Positions 34,027-44,542 are shown, counted from the stretch's first letter. The stretch is 64,000 nt of DNA from Nanobdellota archaeon (GCA_018816245.1 JAHIVW010000006.1:1647-65646), one strand, 5' to 3'. Notes: generated by a model not told the origin, from the sequence alone. Translations and numbers: made by a program.

Positions 34027-35481
34027 TTATCTCCGTCTGATTATGTCCCACACAATAATGAAATCGTTTTTTGAGAATCCTCTAAAGGCGTAGAGAATTC
34101 CGAGATACAATGCAAGCGAACCAATCCCGTAGAGGACAAGCTCTGCGATACTCGTTATGGTGAGTTGTAAGACGAGAACATAGACAATTGTAATAGCAAG
34201 CAATGGTTTGAGGAAAATGGCTGGATGGAAAGGAAGGTTGTGTCGTTTTTTTGCAGCAAATGCCATGACAAGGGCTTCCACACACCTCGAGATGACCGTT
34301 CCGATTGCAGCTCCAACAATACCAAACTGAGACAAGAGTACAATGACAAGAGTGATATGGAGAACGAGAATGCTCCCGGTTATCTTGGTTGGGACTCCCG
34401 GCTCATTGACGCCGGAAAAATAGTAGAAGAGAATTGTTGAAAAAAGAACAGGAATTGCGGAGAGTGAAAGAATCTGGAGGACAGATGCCGCAGAGATGTA
34501 CGAGATACCGTAGAATGAAGCAATGATACTCCCTGAATAGGCGGAAAGAAGAAACGCCAGAGGGAAGGAGAAGATGGAAGCATATCGAATTGCATTTGAA
34601 AAAATTCGTTTTCGGATTGCTTCCTTATTTCCTGAAAAATATGGATAGAGAACGGTCGCTGAGACTGGGAAAAGCGTCGAAATCGCAGCGGTCCATGTTA
34701 TTGCGATACGGTAAAAACCAATATCCTCGACATCTGCAAAAATTGACACAAGAAACTGGTCACTCATGGTGAAGAGAACAACAACAATTGTAAGAAATGA
34801 CGCCCATACACCAAAACGGGCAATGCTCTCTCGTTCAAATGGTTGTGCTCTCGCTTGAAGGACATTCTTCTGTTTCAAGAAGTACCTGAGACTGACAAAA
34901 ATGGATAAAATACTTGCGAGAAATAATCCCAGCACAGCACCAAAAACATGCCACCCGGCAGCAACAAACGAAAGTGCAAATATCGACTCTCCAATTTTCT
35001 TGATAATCATCATAGCAGATACACCAAAGAATTCCTTGAATCCGTTGAGAATGGTCTGCAGGAACTCTTCAAGTGAGTGAATCATAAGAAGAAATCCAGA
35101 GAGGAAGACGATGAACGTTGCTTCTGGCTTCTGGAAGATAATTGCCGCAATACTGTCTGGTAAAAAGATCAAGAGAAAACCAATGAGAACAAGCAGAACA
35201 ACTCGGTATTTCAAAAGCTGGAGAAGGAGAGCCTTCGCACTGCCATACCGACCTGCCTCGATGTAATGGGCTAGATACCGAATTGCAGTCTGTCCAATCC
35301 CGAAATTTGTGAAAATAATGAAGATCCCGACGATAGTAAGTGCCAAAGAGTAGAGACCGAACTCTATGGGCTGGAGCCAGCGGGCGAGAACGATGTTGAA
35401 AACAAAAGAGATTGCGGCAACAACGAGTCCGCTGCCCATGACAATGGAGTTATTCCTCATGAGTTCCTGTTTGAGATTCAT
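34027..35481 (-). CDS. MOP/Wzx-type oligosaccharide flippase (AglR-like)
   Basis: 484 aa with about 12-14 TM segments and the typical polysaccharide-biosynthesis-protein layout. Confidence 0.82.
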   Translation of the reverse strand: MNLKQELMRNNSIVMGSGLVVAAISFVFNIVLARWLQPIEFGLYSLALTIVGIFIIFTNFGIGQTAIRYLAHYIEAGRYGSAKALLLQLLKYRVVLLVLIGFLLIFLPDSIAAIIFQKPEATFIVFLSGFLLMIHSLEEFLQTILNGFKEFFGVSAMMIIKKIGESIFALSFVAAGWHVFGAVLGLFLASILSIFVSLRYFLKQKNVLQARAQPFERESIARFGVWASFLTIVVVLFTMSDQFLVSIFADVEDIGFYRIAITWTAAISTLFPVSATVLYPYFSGNKEAIRKRIFSNAIRYASIFSFPLAFLLSAYSGSIIASFYGISYISAASVLQILSLSAIPVLFSTILFYYFSGVNEPGVPTKITGSILVLHITLVIVLLSQFGIVGAAIGTVISRCVEALVMAFAAKKRHNLPFHPAIFLKPLLAITIVYVLVLQLTITSIAELVLYGIGSLALYLGILYAFRGFSKNDFIIVWDIIRRR

Positions 35482-35563
35482 TTGGCGTTATTGGGCGTCC
35501 CCTTCTTAAAGGATTCTCCTGAATCTGGGAAAGCTCTTTAAAAAGGGGGAAACTACGTTGGCC

Positions 35564-36235
35564 ATGGAGCTACAGGACCCTCTCCAACAGCGTGTCTTGG
35601 GACTTCTCGAAGAACTCCCAAAGGGGCCACTTCTCGACGCTGGCTGCGGCAAGGGCCAGCTCGTGAACGCAGCTTCATTGTTAGGATTCACCGTGACAGC
35701 ATCTGATATTGATGTAACGGAATACAAAGGAAATGAATCTTTTGTTGCTGCCGATTTGAACAAACATCTCCCCTTCGAGGATGAAAAATTTTCAATTGTC
35801 AGTTGTGTAGAAGTGATTGAACATATTGAAAGTCCCTGGAGTCTCATCAAGGAGTTCCACAGAATTCTCAAACCATCGGGAATACTCATTCTCACAACCC
35901 CAAATATTACAAATGTGTTTTCGCGGCTGAAGTTTCTCATCACCGGTACATTTTTCTGTTTTAGCAAAGCCGAAAGGGACGTTCCTGCAGGCCATATCAA
36001 TCCACTTCCACACTGGGAGATTGAACATATTTTTGAAAAAAACGGCTTTGTTGTTGAGAGCAGAACAACACAAAACTATTTTCAACTTAGCGGTCTTGAC
36101 ACAATAGCGAGCAGAACCAAACGAATGGGGACGAAACTCGCCTATTTCTTCTTATTCCCTTTTCTTTGTCCTCGGGACAACGTGTTATTAAAGGGGGATA
36201 ATCTTGTGTACGTCTGTAGGAAGGCATTAGGATGA
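35564..36235 (+). CDS. Class I SAM-dependent methyltransferase (paralog of 26549..27241)
   Basis: LLDAGCGKGQL, FSIVSCVEVIEHI, GILILTTPNITNVFSRLKF. ATG 35564 lies about 20 nt after TATA CTTTAAAAAG. The track starts at TTG 35558. Confidence 0.8.
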   Translation: MELQDPLQQRVLGLLEELPKGPLLDAGCGKGQLVNAASLLGFTVTASDIDVTEYKGNESFVAADLNKHLPFEDEKFSIVSCVEVIEHIESPWSLIKEFHRILKPSGILILTTPNITNVFSRLKFLITGTFFCFSKAERDVPAGHINPLPHWEIEHIFEKNGFVVESRTTQNYFQLSGLDTIASRTKRMGTKLAYFFLFPFLCPRDNVLLKGDNLVYVCRKALG

Positions 36236-37359
36236 CACTAACCGTTTGTCTTCGGAAAGGACATCATAATGTTTATGATGATCTTATTGCCTATCCTCCA
36301 ACTGGTGTCCAATATATCGTTCCGCCACACGTAACACAATCTTCATTAAAATTTGTAGATTCCATTAAAAAACAACTCTTTGCAACTTATGTTCACATTT
36401 TAAACGAACCACACTCATTATCAATTCCTATTCCACAACACTGCCAATTAATTCATGCAACAAGCGGCATCCTCATAAAGAATAAATTTCCATGGATCAT
36501 TGACGCCGAACATGTAGCTTCATTTTGCGGTTTTGAAACAGGCCGTTTAGAAAAGGTACGGGCGAAAGTGGAAAAACTTCTCTCTTCCCCTTATTGCCAG
36601 AAAATTATGCCATGGACAGAAGCGGCTGCACAATCAATTCGAAATGGGTTGGACACACGTTCTTTCGAAAAGAAAATTGAGGTTGTCTATCCTGCAATTA
36701 AACCAATAAGTATCAAAAAGAAGAAAAATGAGATTCCAAAATTATTGTTTGTTAGCGTCCGATTTTTCACCAAAGGAGGACGTGAGGTACTCGAGGCCTT
36801 TGAAGACCTTCAAAAGAAAATGGATATTGAACTGACTATTGTGAGTAATGTACCAGAACCATGGAAGAAAAAATATAATGATCCATCTATCACCTATCTC
36901 CCACCAACAATCCCTCATGAAACGCTTCTAAAAGAGCATTTTGCTGCAGCAGACGTCTTTGTGCTCCCTTCATATATGGACACATTTGGTATGGTTTTTC
37001 TTGAAGCAATGAGCATCGGGCTACCAATCGTCTCAACAAATGTATTTGCTATTCCAGAAATTGTTGGAAAGGCTGGAATTTGTATTAATGCATCAAATAT
37101 CAGTTGGTACGGGAAGGATTATTTGTTTGCCTGGAATTCTTGGAAAGAATTCTCCCTTAAAACGAAGACACAAGAAAAACCCACTATAGTTAAGCAACTT
37201 GTTGCGTCTTTAGAAAATGTTCTTCACAACAAAAATCTTCAGAAGACGATGATAAAACATGGGACAAATAGTGTAACGAAAGGAAAATTCTCTATCAAAG
37301 AAAGAAACAAAAAACTTAAAAGAATTTACGAAGAGACAACAACAAGATCTTCGAACTAA
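36232..37359 (+). CDS. GT4-family glycosyltransferase
   Basis: 375 aa. PSYMDTFGMVFLEAMSIGLPIVSTNVF. ATGA overlap with the upstream gene. Confidence 0.8.
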   Translation: MTLTVCLRKGHHNVYDDLIAYPPTGVQYIVPPHVTQSSLKFVDSIKKQLFATYVHILNEPHSLSIPIPQHCQLIHATSGILIKNKFPWIIDAEHVASFCGFETGRLEKVRAKVEKLLSSPYCQKIMPWTEAAAQSIRNGLDTRSFEKKIEVVYPAIKPISIKKKKNEIPKLLFVSVRFFTKGGREVLEAFEDLQKKMDIELTIVSNVPEPWKKKYNDPSITYLPPTIPHETLLKEHFAAADVFVLPSYMDTFGMVFLEAMSIGLPIVSTNVFAIPEIVGKAGICINASNISWYGKDYLFAWNSWKEFSLKTKTQEKPTIVKQLVASLENVLHNKNLQKTMIKHGTNSVTKGKFSIKERNKKLKRIYEETTTRSSN

Positions 37360-37370
37360 GAGGTATCGGA

Positions 37371-38396
37371 ATGATAAAAACAAATACATTGCTCAAAGTC
37401 TTGATAAGCGGCATCATCGTGGTAGCACTCCTTTACTTCACGGGTATTGAGAACATAATGGAGACTATTCTAATATTAGATCCTCATCTCCTTTTACTTG
37501 CGGTTTCTATCACAATTCCCACAACATTTTTCAAGATCCTAAGATGGAAGCTTATCTTGAAGGCGTCCAATGTAAACATCCCCTTTGCCGAAATAATACG
37601 AATATTTATGATTGGTTTCTTCTTCGGGGCCATAACACCATCCCGAGTTGGGAATCTCATAAAATTCCATTATCTTCGAAAATATCATAACGTACCTACA
37701 AGTACGGCAATTTCAATATCAATGATTGACAGAATATTTGATGTCATCGTTCTGGCGGCATTTGCGTTACTGGGTTTAATTTTGGTCACAACCGCAATTC
37801 GTACGATTTATACCGCAATTGCTTTCGTTATCATCATTCTTGCTATTATCTTGTTCATTTTCAACGAAAAAACATTCAAAAAAATAGCAACATTTGGAAT
37901 CTTAAGAATCAAAGCATTGAGAAAACTCGTTAAGAGTCGGGGCGAAATAGATACCAACAAGGCAGCTAGCGATCTCTATATTCCGGTCAAGAGAATGAAG
38001 AATCCAAAGATATTTTCTATAACAATGCTCCTTACGATTCTTATTTGGACGACAATAGGCGTTCAGATCTTTCTCATTCTGCTCGCAATGGGTGTTCCTG
38101 TCAATGTTTACAAGACGATCGTCTTCTCAGGAACAAGCTCATTTTTAGGTCTGGTTCCAATTACAATCTCCGGGCTCGGTGTAAGGGAAGGTTCTCTTGC
38201 CTTTTTCCTTTCAACGATCGGAGTCTCCCTGGATAGTGGAGTTGCCGCTTCACTCATACTCTACCTCATTGGTCATATCCCCCCGGCGTTGGTTGGGATG
38301 GGACTCTACTTTGTCTATAAGCGGCGGAAGGTATTCCTCCGTAGTAAACAAACCAACGGCCCTTCTGACCCAGAACAAACAGGAAAAGGTTTATAA
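37371..38396 (+). CDS. Polytopic membrane protein, lysyl-PG-synthase-TM / UPF0104 flippase-like family
   Basis: 341 aa with about 8 TM segments. RWKLILK and GAITPSRVGNLIKF are typical of the LPG_synthase_TM family. Confidence 0.7.
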   Translation: MIKTNTLLKVLISGIIVVALLYFTGIENIMETILILDPHLLLLAVSITIPTTFFKILRWKLILKASNVNIPFAEIIRIFMIGFFFGAITPSRVGNLIKFHYLRKYHNVPTSTAISISMIDRIFDVIVLAAFALLGLILVTTAIRTIYTAIAFVIIILAIILFIFNEKTFKKIATFGILRIKALRKLVKSRGEIDTNKAASDLYIPVKRMKNPKIFSITMLLTILIWTTIGVQIFLILLAMGVPVNVYKTIVFSGTSSFLGLVPITISGLGVREGSLAFFLSTIGVSLDSGVAASLILYLIGHIPPALVGMGLYFVYKRRKVFLRSKQTNGPSDPEQTGKGL

Positions 38397-38417
38397 ATGG
38401 TCTAGGAAATGATGGTC

Positions 38418-39377
38418 ATGAAAATTTTCATTACTGGTGGTGCCGGGTTTATCGGATACCACCTCGCGAAAAAGCTTGTTGCTGACGGGGACGAGGTTAT
38501 TGTTTTTGACTCGTTCTTAAATTATATCGATCCACAGAAAAGCCGATACCTCGACTACCTCAAATTGAGACTCGATTTCCTCGAAAAGAACGCGAAGATT
38601 ATCAGGGGCGACATTCGTCACAAGAGTCACCTCCTAAACTCACTCCGGCAGGAAGAGCCCGATTGTATTGTTCATCTCGCGGCCCTTCCTATTGCAACGG
38701 CGTCCAACAAATTCCCAGAGGATGCTATTGATATTAACTTCAACGGGACCGTGAACGTGTTAGAAGCCATTCGAACGAGCAATACCGTTGAGAAGTTCAT
38801 TCTTACCTCATCCAGCATGGTTTACGGAAACTTTCAGAAAATACCGGCGGATGAAAACCACCCAACGAACCCACTTGACGTTTATGGCGCAACAAAACTA
38901 AGCAGTGAAAAGCTAACAAAGGCTTACGCAACTCAGTACGGTGTTAAATACTCTATCATCAGACCCTCAGCTGTATATGGGCCTACAGATGCAAACAGAA
39001 GAGTAACCCAAATATTCATTGAAAATGCATTTACAAAGAAGCCTATCACACTCCATAACGGAGGACAATCAAAGTTGGACTTCACGTTCGTTGATGATAT
39101 TGCTGAAGGTTTCCGTCTCGCGATCAAATCCAAGAAAGCAGTAGGTGAAACGTTCAATATTACACGAGGAGAAGGTAGATCATTGAAGGAGTTTGTTGAC
39201 ATCTTAAGGACCATGATTCCAGGAATTCAGACAACCGAAGAACCACCTGACGTAAAACGTCCCGAACGAGGAGCAATGGACATATCAAAAGCAAGAACGC
39301 TGTTGGGATATGACCCGAAATACTCCCTGGAAGAGGGAATGAAAATCTATGTTGATTTTATCAAAAGGAATCTGTAG
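38418..39377 (+). CDS. NAD-dependent nucleotide-sugar epimerase/dehydratase (extended SDR)
   Basis: MKIFITGGAGFIGYHL, YGATK (YxxxK). Three in-frame ATGs lie at 38409, 38412 and 38418. 38418 fits TATA TTTATAAA (38390-38397) best. Confidence 0.85.
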   Translation: MKIFITGGAGFIGYHLAKKLVADGDEVIVFDSFLNYIDPQKSRYLDYLKLRLDFLEKNAKIIRGDIRHKSHLLNSLRQEEPDCIVHLAALPIATASNKFPEDAIDINFNGTVNVLEAIRTSNTVEKFILTSSSMVYGNFQKIPADENHPTNPLDVYGATKLSSEKLTKAYATQYGVKYSIIRPSAVYGPTDANRRVTQIFIENAFTKKPITLHNGGQSKLDFTFVDDIAEGFRLAIKSKKAVGETFNITRGEGRSLKEFVDILRTMIPGIQTTEEPPDVKRPERGAMDISKARTLLGYDPKYSLEEGMKIYVDFIKRNL

Positions 39378-39379
39378 GT

Positions 39380-40492
39380 ATGATCCCACTTTGCAGACCG
39401 TATCTCGATGAGAAAGAAGTTACTGCAGTGAAAGAGGTACTGGAAAGTGGTTGGCTTGCCCATGGACCGCGAGTCAAGGAATTTGAGCAGCAGTTCGCTG
39501 AGTATATTGGGACATCCTATGCTGTTTCCTTTAATTCCTGTACATCGGCATTGCAGCTTGCAGTGCAGTGTCTCGGCATAACAGGGGAGGTAATCCTCCC
39601 AGGATTCACCTTTGTTGCTTCAGCGAACGCTGTCGTTCGTGGAGGAGCGAAACCGGTTTTCGTTGATATTCAAGAAGATACCTTCAACATTGATCCAGCA
39701 AAGGTCGAAGAGAAGATAACAGATAAAACTCAAGCTATCATGCCTGTTCACATTGCAGGTCATCCATGTGATATGGGCCCGCTCATGGAACTTGCTGAAA
39801 AACATAATCTCAATATCATCGAAGACGCTGCTGAATGCATCGGGGGAACATACAAGAACAAGAAAGCAGGGAGTTTTGGTGTTGGCTGTTTCTCGTTTTA
39901 CCCAACAAAGAACATTACAACAGGAGAAGGGGGAATGATCACGACCAATGACGAAGCACTCGCAAAGAAGGTTTCCATGCTCAAGGCACATGGCATTCCT
40001 TCGACTACACTTGACCGAGAAAAAACAAAACAATGGGCGCGAAATGCCATGGAAGCTGGTTATAATTTCAGAATGTCTGACGTCAATGCTGCGATCGGGA
40101 TAGAACAAATGAAGAAGTTGGAAGAAATGAACAGAAAGCGTATAGAGAATGCACAATATCTTTCCAGTAAATTGGACAGAGAGAAAATTGGGCTCCCTCT
40201 TGTTCGAGAAGGATACTCGCACGTGTACCAGATGTACATGATAACAGTTCCAGAGTCAGTTGACAGAGAGAACTTTCTGAAAAAACTTCGAGAGAAAGGA
40301 ATACAAGCGACGATCCATTTCTGCCCCCCCGTTCATTTGCAGGACTACTACAAATGCATGGGGTGGAAGAGGGGAGACTTTCCGGTGACGGAGCGTCTGT
40401 CAGAAAGGATTATTACCCTTCCGATGTTCCCTTCTTTGAGGAAGGAAGATATGGCATTCATTGCAGACACGGTGAACGCCCTATTGACGTAA
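39380..40492 (+). CDS. DegT/DnrJ/EryC1/StrS sugar aminotransferase
   Basis: 370 aa. FSFYPTKNITTGEGGMITTND (PLP Lys). Confidence 0.9.
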   Translation: MIPLCRPYLDEKEVTAVKEVLESGWLAHGPRVKEFEQQFAEYIGTSYAVSFNSCTSALQLAVQCLGITGEVILPGFTFVASANAVVRGGAKPVFVDIQEDTFNIDPAKVEEKITDKTQAIMPVHIAGHPCDMGPLMELAEKHNLNIIEDAAECIGGTYKNKKAGSFGVGCFSFYPTKNITTGEGGMITTNDEALAKKVSMLKAHGIPSTTLDREKTKQWARNAMEAGYNFRMSDVNAAIGIEQMKKLEEMNRKRIENAQYLSSKLDREKIGLPLVREGYSHVYQMYMITVPESVDRENFLKKLREKGIQATIHFCPPVHLQDYYKCMGWKRGDFPVTERLSERIITLPMFPSLRKEDMAFIADTVNALLT

Positions 40493-40493
40493 C

Positions 40494-41786
40494 ATGCACT
40501 CAAGACTCATCCCCTATACGGTTCCACAACTCGAACAAAATACCCCTTTCATCATTCTGAGAGACATCTTACGTGGTGATATTAAGAATGGTGACAGTGT
40601 CAAGCGCCTCGAAACATTTTTTGCTGAATATGTTGGAACAAAATATGCCATTTCTTTTGCTTCTGCACGAGCGGCCCTCTTCTATACGTACCGTTTCTTC
40701 TTCAAGTGTGGCCAGAAAATCATCCTCCCCTCCTATACATGTATCCCAGCAATCGACTCAGGACGATGGGAAGGATTGATACCACATTTCCTTGATATTG
40801 ATCTCAATTCGTATAACCCAAAATTTGATGAGCGTGTGCGTGACGTAGCAGATATTGGAGCAATCTCCTTAAGCTACCTGTACGGGCTCATTGGAGAGCT
40901 TAACCCCTTCATTGAGTATGCAACGAAAGCAGGCATCCCTATCATCGAAGACGCTGCGATCGCGCTCGGCGGAACTTATCAGGGAAAAAAAGTAGGATCG
41001 ATTGGTGATGCCGCCGTCTTTAGCCTTCAAGAATCAAAGATCATCACTGCGTGGCGAGGCGGGATTGTTACAACGAACAACAAGGAACTGTATACGTTTC
41101 TGATGGCAATCAGAGAGAAGCAATGCTTCCTCCCTTCGCCGAAGCTTGTTTTCAATCTTTCATTCTCGTTCAAACGAAAGCTCTTTTCCTGGCCGCATAT
41201 ATATGGTCTGACCATGTACCCACTGAAAAAACTCATGACAACCAAGAAGCTTGCTCCTTTCCTGGGACAGATTATGAACTTCAATCCTCTTGAATCGATC
41301 GATGGAAGAAGTCCCACACTCATGCCGACAACAGACCAATCGCGACTGTCAAACATTCAGGCTTCGGTTGCCCTCGAATCAATGAAGCATGTTAACATAA
41401 TTACCAGAAAGCGGCGGAACCTTGCTCGCATGTTGTCCGAAGAACTTGACGGGAAGGCGATCTTTCCAGAGGAGCACGATGGCGCGAAACACGCCTATGG
41501 ACGGTTTCCAATTAGGATTCCTGGGGAAAACAAATTCAAACTCTACAGCTATTTTCTAAGGAGAGGGATTGAAACTTCAGTAAATTATCCCTATATCTGC
41601 CCGGAAACAACCTTCATGACCAAATACAATTTCAATGCCAAAAACTATCCGAATGCATCCATTGCATCACAGGAAACTATACTCCTTCCTTTTCATACTG
41701 CCCTTGGCGAGGAAGATATCAATATAATTGCTGATGCGGTTCGGCAATACCCAAAAAAAAGGATGACCCGATGTTCAAGAAAATAA
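40494..41786 (+). CDS. Divergent DegT-like PLP enzyme
   Basis: 430 aa. It shows the fold-type I aminotransferase pattern and AVFSLQESKIITAWRGGIVTTNN (candidate PLP Lys). Confidence 0.72.
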   Translation: MHSRLIPYTVPQLEQNTPFIILRDILRGDIKNGDSVKRLETFFAEYVGTKYAISFASARAALFYTYRFFFKCGQKIILPSYTCIPAIDSGRWEGLIPHFLDIDLNSYNPKFDERVRDVADIGAISLSYLYGLIGELNPFIEYATKAGIPIIEDAAIALGGTYQGKKVGSIGDAAVFSLQESKIITAWRGGIVTTNNKELYTFLMAIREKQCFLPSPKLVFNLSFSFKRKLFSWPHIYGLTMYPLKKLMTTKKLAPFLGQIMNFNPLESIDGRSPTLMPTTDQSRLSNIQASVALESMKHVNIITRKRRNLARMLSEELDGKAIFPEEHDGAKHAYGRFPIRIPGENKFKLYSYFLRRGIETSVNYPYICPETTFMTKYNFNAKNYPNASIASQETILLPFHTALGEEDINIIADAVRQYPKKRMTRCSRK

Positions 41787-42112
41787 GACTCCTCAGAACT
41801 TGTTTTCCTGAAAGCTGGATCCGAAAGCTCCCCTTGCTTCTTTTCCCAGCAGACACGATAAAGTGTGACAGCAAAGTCGTTGCACTCTGCACAACCTTCA
41901 GAAGAAGGATAATACTTCTTTGCGTCGATAAGGATTATAGACGAAAAGGGTTGGCAAGCCAACTTATTGGTCGTAGTAATGCAGTAAAAACAGATACGTA
42001 TTTGTTCAATGAAGAAGCGATCAACGTCTGGAAGAAAAACGGATTTGTCGTTGAAAAGATTGTGAACACGCCCTTTGGAAAAAAATATATCCTCGTCAAG
42101 TCTTCCGGGTAA
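41771..42112 (+). CDS. Small GNAT-type N-acetyltransferase (short, possibly truncated)
   Basis: 113 aa. LCVDKDYRRKGLASQLI is the acetyl-CoA binding R-x-x-G-x-A motif. The 5' end overlaps the upstream gene by 16 nt. Confidence 0.55.
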   Translation: MFKKIRLLRTCFPESWIRKLPLLLFPADTIKCDSKVVALCTTFRRRIILLCVDKDYRRKGLASQLIGRSNAVKTDTYLFNEEAINVWKKNGFVVEKIVNTPFGKKYILVKSSG

Positions 42113-42815
42113 CCTTGTCGTACCGACCCCGGTGAAACCGGATCCAGGCAGCAATGATCTCCGGGCCCCCTTTGACATATTTATGCAATGCTCGATACTT
42201 CGTCTTTCCGCTATGCCGTTCTTTATGTTGGATCACAACTTCACCGATCTTTTTTGCCCCTCTCCTTATGACAATTGGAATAATGTATCGATGGTCGTTG
42301 TTTATGATATCCAACCCTTCAACATATTTTCTTTTAACCGCAGTATAATTGCTTGCGGCATCAAGTACAGGACAATTGAAAAAAAGGAGCATAAGTAGAT
42401 TGTAAATCCTAGACACGAATCGCAACTTGAATAAGTGTTTCCTATGTTCACGGATACCGTTGACAACATCGTAACCATTTTCCATCTTTTCCATGAAAAG
42501 GGGGATGTCTTCGGGTAACACCTGCAAATCAGCGTCCATTGTTATGACAACATCACCTTTCGCGTTGTCAAATCCTGCCTTAAAACACCCCGTCTGACCG
42601 CCTTTCTTTTCTAATTTTATGTATCTAATATTACCTCTTTTTTTGGCAATGTCTTTGATTATCTCAGCAGAATTGTCCGTGCTAAAATCATCAACGAGAA
42701 TGAATTCCCAATCGTTTCCATAATTGGCTTGCATAACATTCGTGACCCTAGAAATAAGCTCCTTGATAGCGTTTTCCTCATTATGAACGGGGGAAATAAG
42801 ACTTATCTTGACCAT
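42096..42815 (-). CDS. GT2 polyprenyl/dolichyl-phosphate sugar synthase-like glycosyltransferase (DPM1/AglD-like)
   Basis: 239 aa. ISLISPVHNEENAI, ILVDDFSTDNS, ITMDADLQ. Confidence 0.85.
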   Translation of the reverse strand: MVKISLISPVHNEENAIKELISRVTNVMQANYGNDWEFILVDDFSTDNSAEIIKDIAKKRGNIRYIKLEKKGGQTGCFKAGFDNAKGDVVITMDADLQVLPEDIPLFMEKMENGYDVVNGIREHRKHLFKLRFVSRIYNLLMLLFFNCPVLDAASNYTAVKRKYVEGLDIINNDHRYIIPIVIRRGAKKIGEVVIQHKERHSGKTKYRALHKYVKGGPEIIAAWIRFHRGRYDKVTRKT

Positions 42816-42884
42816 ATGAAATCACTGATTGGGGGCTAAGTATATAAAAACATCTGGCGAGTATTGCTATAAAATTGAAGAAAT

Positions 42885-44525
42885 ATGAAGACCTTCAGAA
42901 TCCCTCTTGATAAGAAGACTGCCGCCATTTTCCTCATACTTTTCGTGGTTGCTCTATCGATACGAGTCGTCGATATCGACAAGCCCTACGAAACATGGGA
43001 CGAAATAACCACATATTCTCTGGGATTAAATTTATGGTATAATATCTTCACAGGCGACTTCACTCCAGATACATGGAAGACGTATAACCCTGACTTTTCT
43101 GGAAGTCTGCACCCCCCACTTGCGAGATATACATACGGTATCGTGAACGGGGTTTATATCTTCTCCCAGGCGGGTCTCGGATTATTCTCGTCAAGTTATG
43201 ATGATGCCGTCTATACGATGTATAATCTAAAAAACCTTTTTCCAGGAAGACTCCTTTCTGCACTCCTCGGGGCACTTACCGCTGGTGTACTATTTTTATT
43301 GTCAAGAAAGTTTCTTAATTTAAAAACAGCCATCATTGCTTCCCTTGTATTCTCCTTACTACCTGTCACTATAGCGCATACGAAACTCGAATCCTTGGAC
43401 GCTATGCTCATGTTCCTGTTTACGGTCACAATATACTTTTTCATAAAGGGGTTAGAAAGCAAGAAATATTTCTATCTCTCCCTCTTGTTTGTGGGACTTT
43501 CAATTGCAACAAAATACAATAGTGTAACGCTGTTCATACTCCTTCCTGTCATATACTTCATTTATAACAAACCAAAAATCATTAGCAAGAAACAACTTTT
43601 GCTTATTCCTTTCGTAGCTGTATTGGTTCTGTTTGCAATCTGGCCCCGGTTTTGGCCAGATCCTATAGGAGGGGCTCTGGCGAATATCAGTGGCTGGCTT
43701 GCAATGGGGGGCGGAAGTGTAGGGGAATATTTCCTTGGTCAGTTTGAACTAACCCATCCAGCATACTATGATTTTGTATATATTTTAGTGACAATGCCGG
43801 GGTTACTTCTTATCTTCTTTTTTGCAGGCATCGTAACAGCCTTGAAAAAAAAAGAATTCGGTAACAAAGTATTCTTGTTGTGGTTTGCGTTGCCCCTTTT
43901 TGTATACTCATTATTCCAATTCAAGATGGGGGGTCCACGGTACGTTATCATGATCTACCCAGCAATTGCTGTACTGATAGCAATCGGAATAACCCGTGTT
44001 GGTGATTATATAAAAAATAGACGATTCGTGAAACATGTACACTATACGTTTTATCTGTTAATATTCATCTATATTATTATTACCCTGATTTTCATACATC
44101 CCCATTATCTGGACTACTATAATGAATTCGTTGGTGGACCGGCAAATGTCTACGAAAACAATTTATTTGTTATAGGTAGATCGGGCGAGGGAATTGGTCA
44201 GGCAGTTTTTTATCTCAACAACGTTGCTGAAAAAGAATCATCTGTACAACTGTTTGTAATGCCGCGTCATGTTATTCCACCACTAAGAGAGGATCTGAAT
44301 GATCTCACACCATTCAAACCAAAGTATCTCTCTGACACAGGAGACAATGAAAACTGGTATATGACAAGTGTCCCGCCGGAAGCCGATTACCTTGTAGAGA
44401 ACACGTTTTTCCGGCGTTATTTGAACACCACTTTTCATGAAGTAATCGAGGAGAATTACGACCTTATCCATACAGTTGAAATTCAGGGTGCTCCGTTAGC
44501 CTGGATATATGAGAAAAACGCTTAA
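42885..44525 (+). CDS. GT-C fold glycosyltransferase, PMT_2/ArnT (GT39/GT83)-like
   Basis: 546 aa with about 11-12 TM segments. The acidic first-loop motif is YETWDEITTY. It has a soluble C-terminal domain. Confidence 0.78.
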   Translation: MKTFRIPLDKKTAAIFLILFVVALSIRVVDIDKPYETWDEITTYSLGLNLWYNIFTGDFTPDTWKTYNPDFSGSLHPPLARYTYGIVNGVYIFSQAGLGLFSSSYDDAVYTMYNLKNLFPGRLLSALLGALTAGVLFLLSRKFLNLKTAIIASLVFSLLPVTIAHTKLESLDAMLMFLFTVTIYFFIKGLESKKYFYLSLLFVGLSIATKYNSVTLFILLPVIYFIYNKPKIISKKQLLLIPFVAVLVLFAIWPRFWPDPIGGALANISGWLAMGGGSVGEYFLGQFELTHPAYYDFVYILVTMPGLLLIFFFAGIVTALKKKEFGNKVFLLWFALPLFVYSLFQFKMGGPRYVIMIYPAIAVLIAIGITRVGDYIKNRRFVKHVHYTFYLLIFIYIIITLIFIHPHYLDYYNEFVGGPANVYENNLFVIGRSGEGIGQAVFYLNNVAEKESSVQLFVMPRHVIPPLREDLNDLTPFKPKYLSDTGDNENWYMTSVPPEADYLVENTFFRRYLNTTFHEVIEENYDLIHTVEIQGAPLAWIYEKNA

Positions 44526-44542
44526 AAAGTACGGTGAAACAA

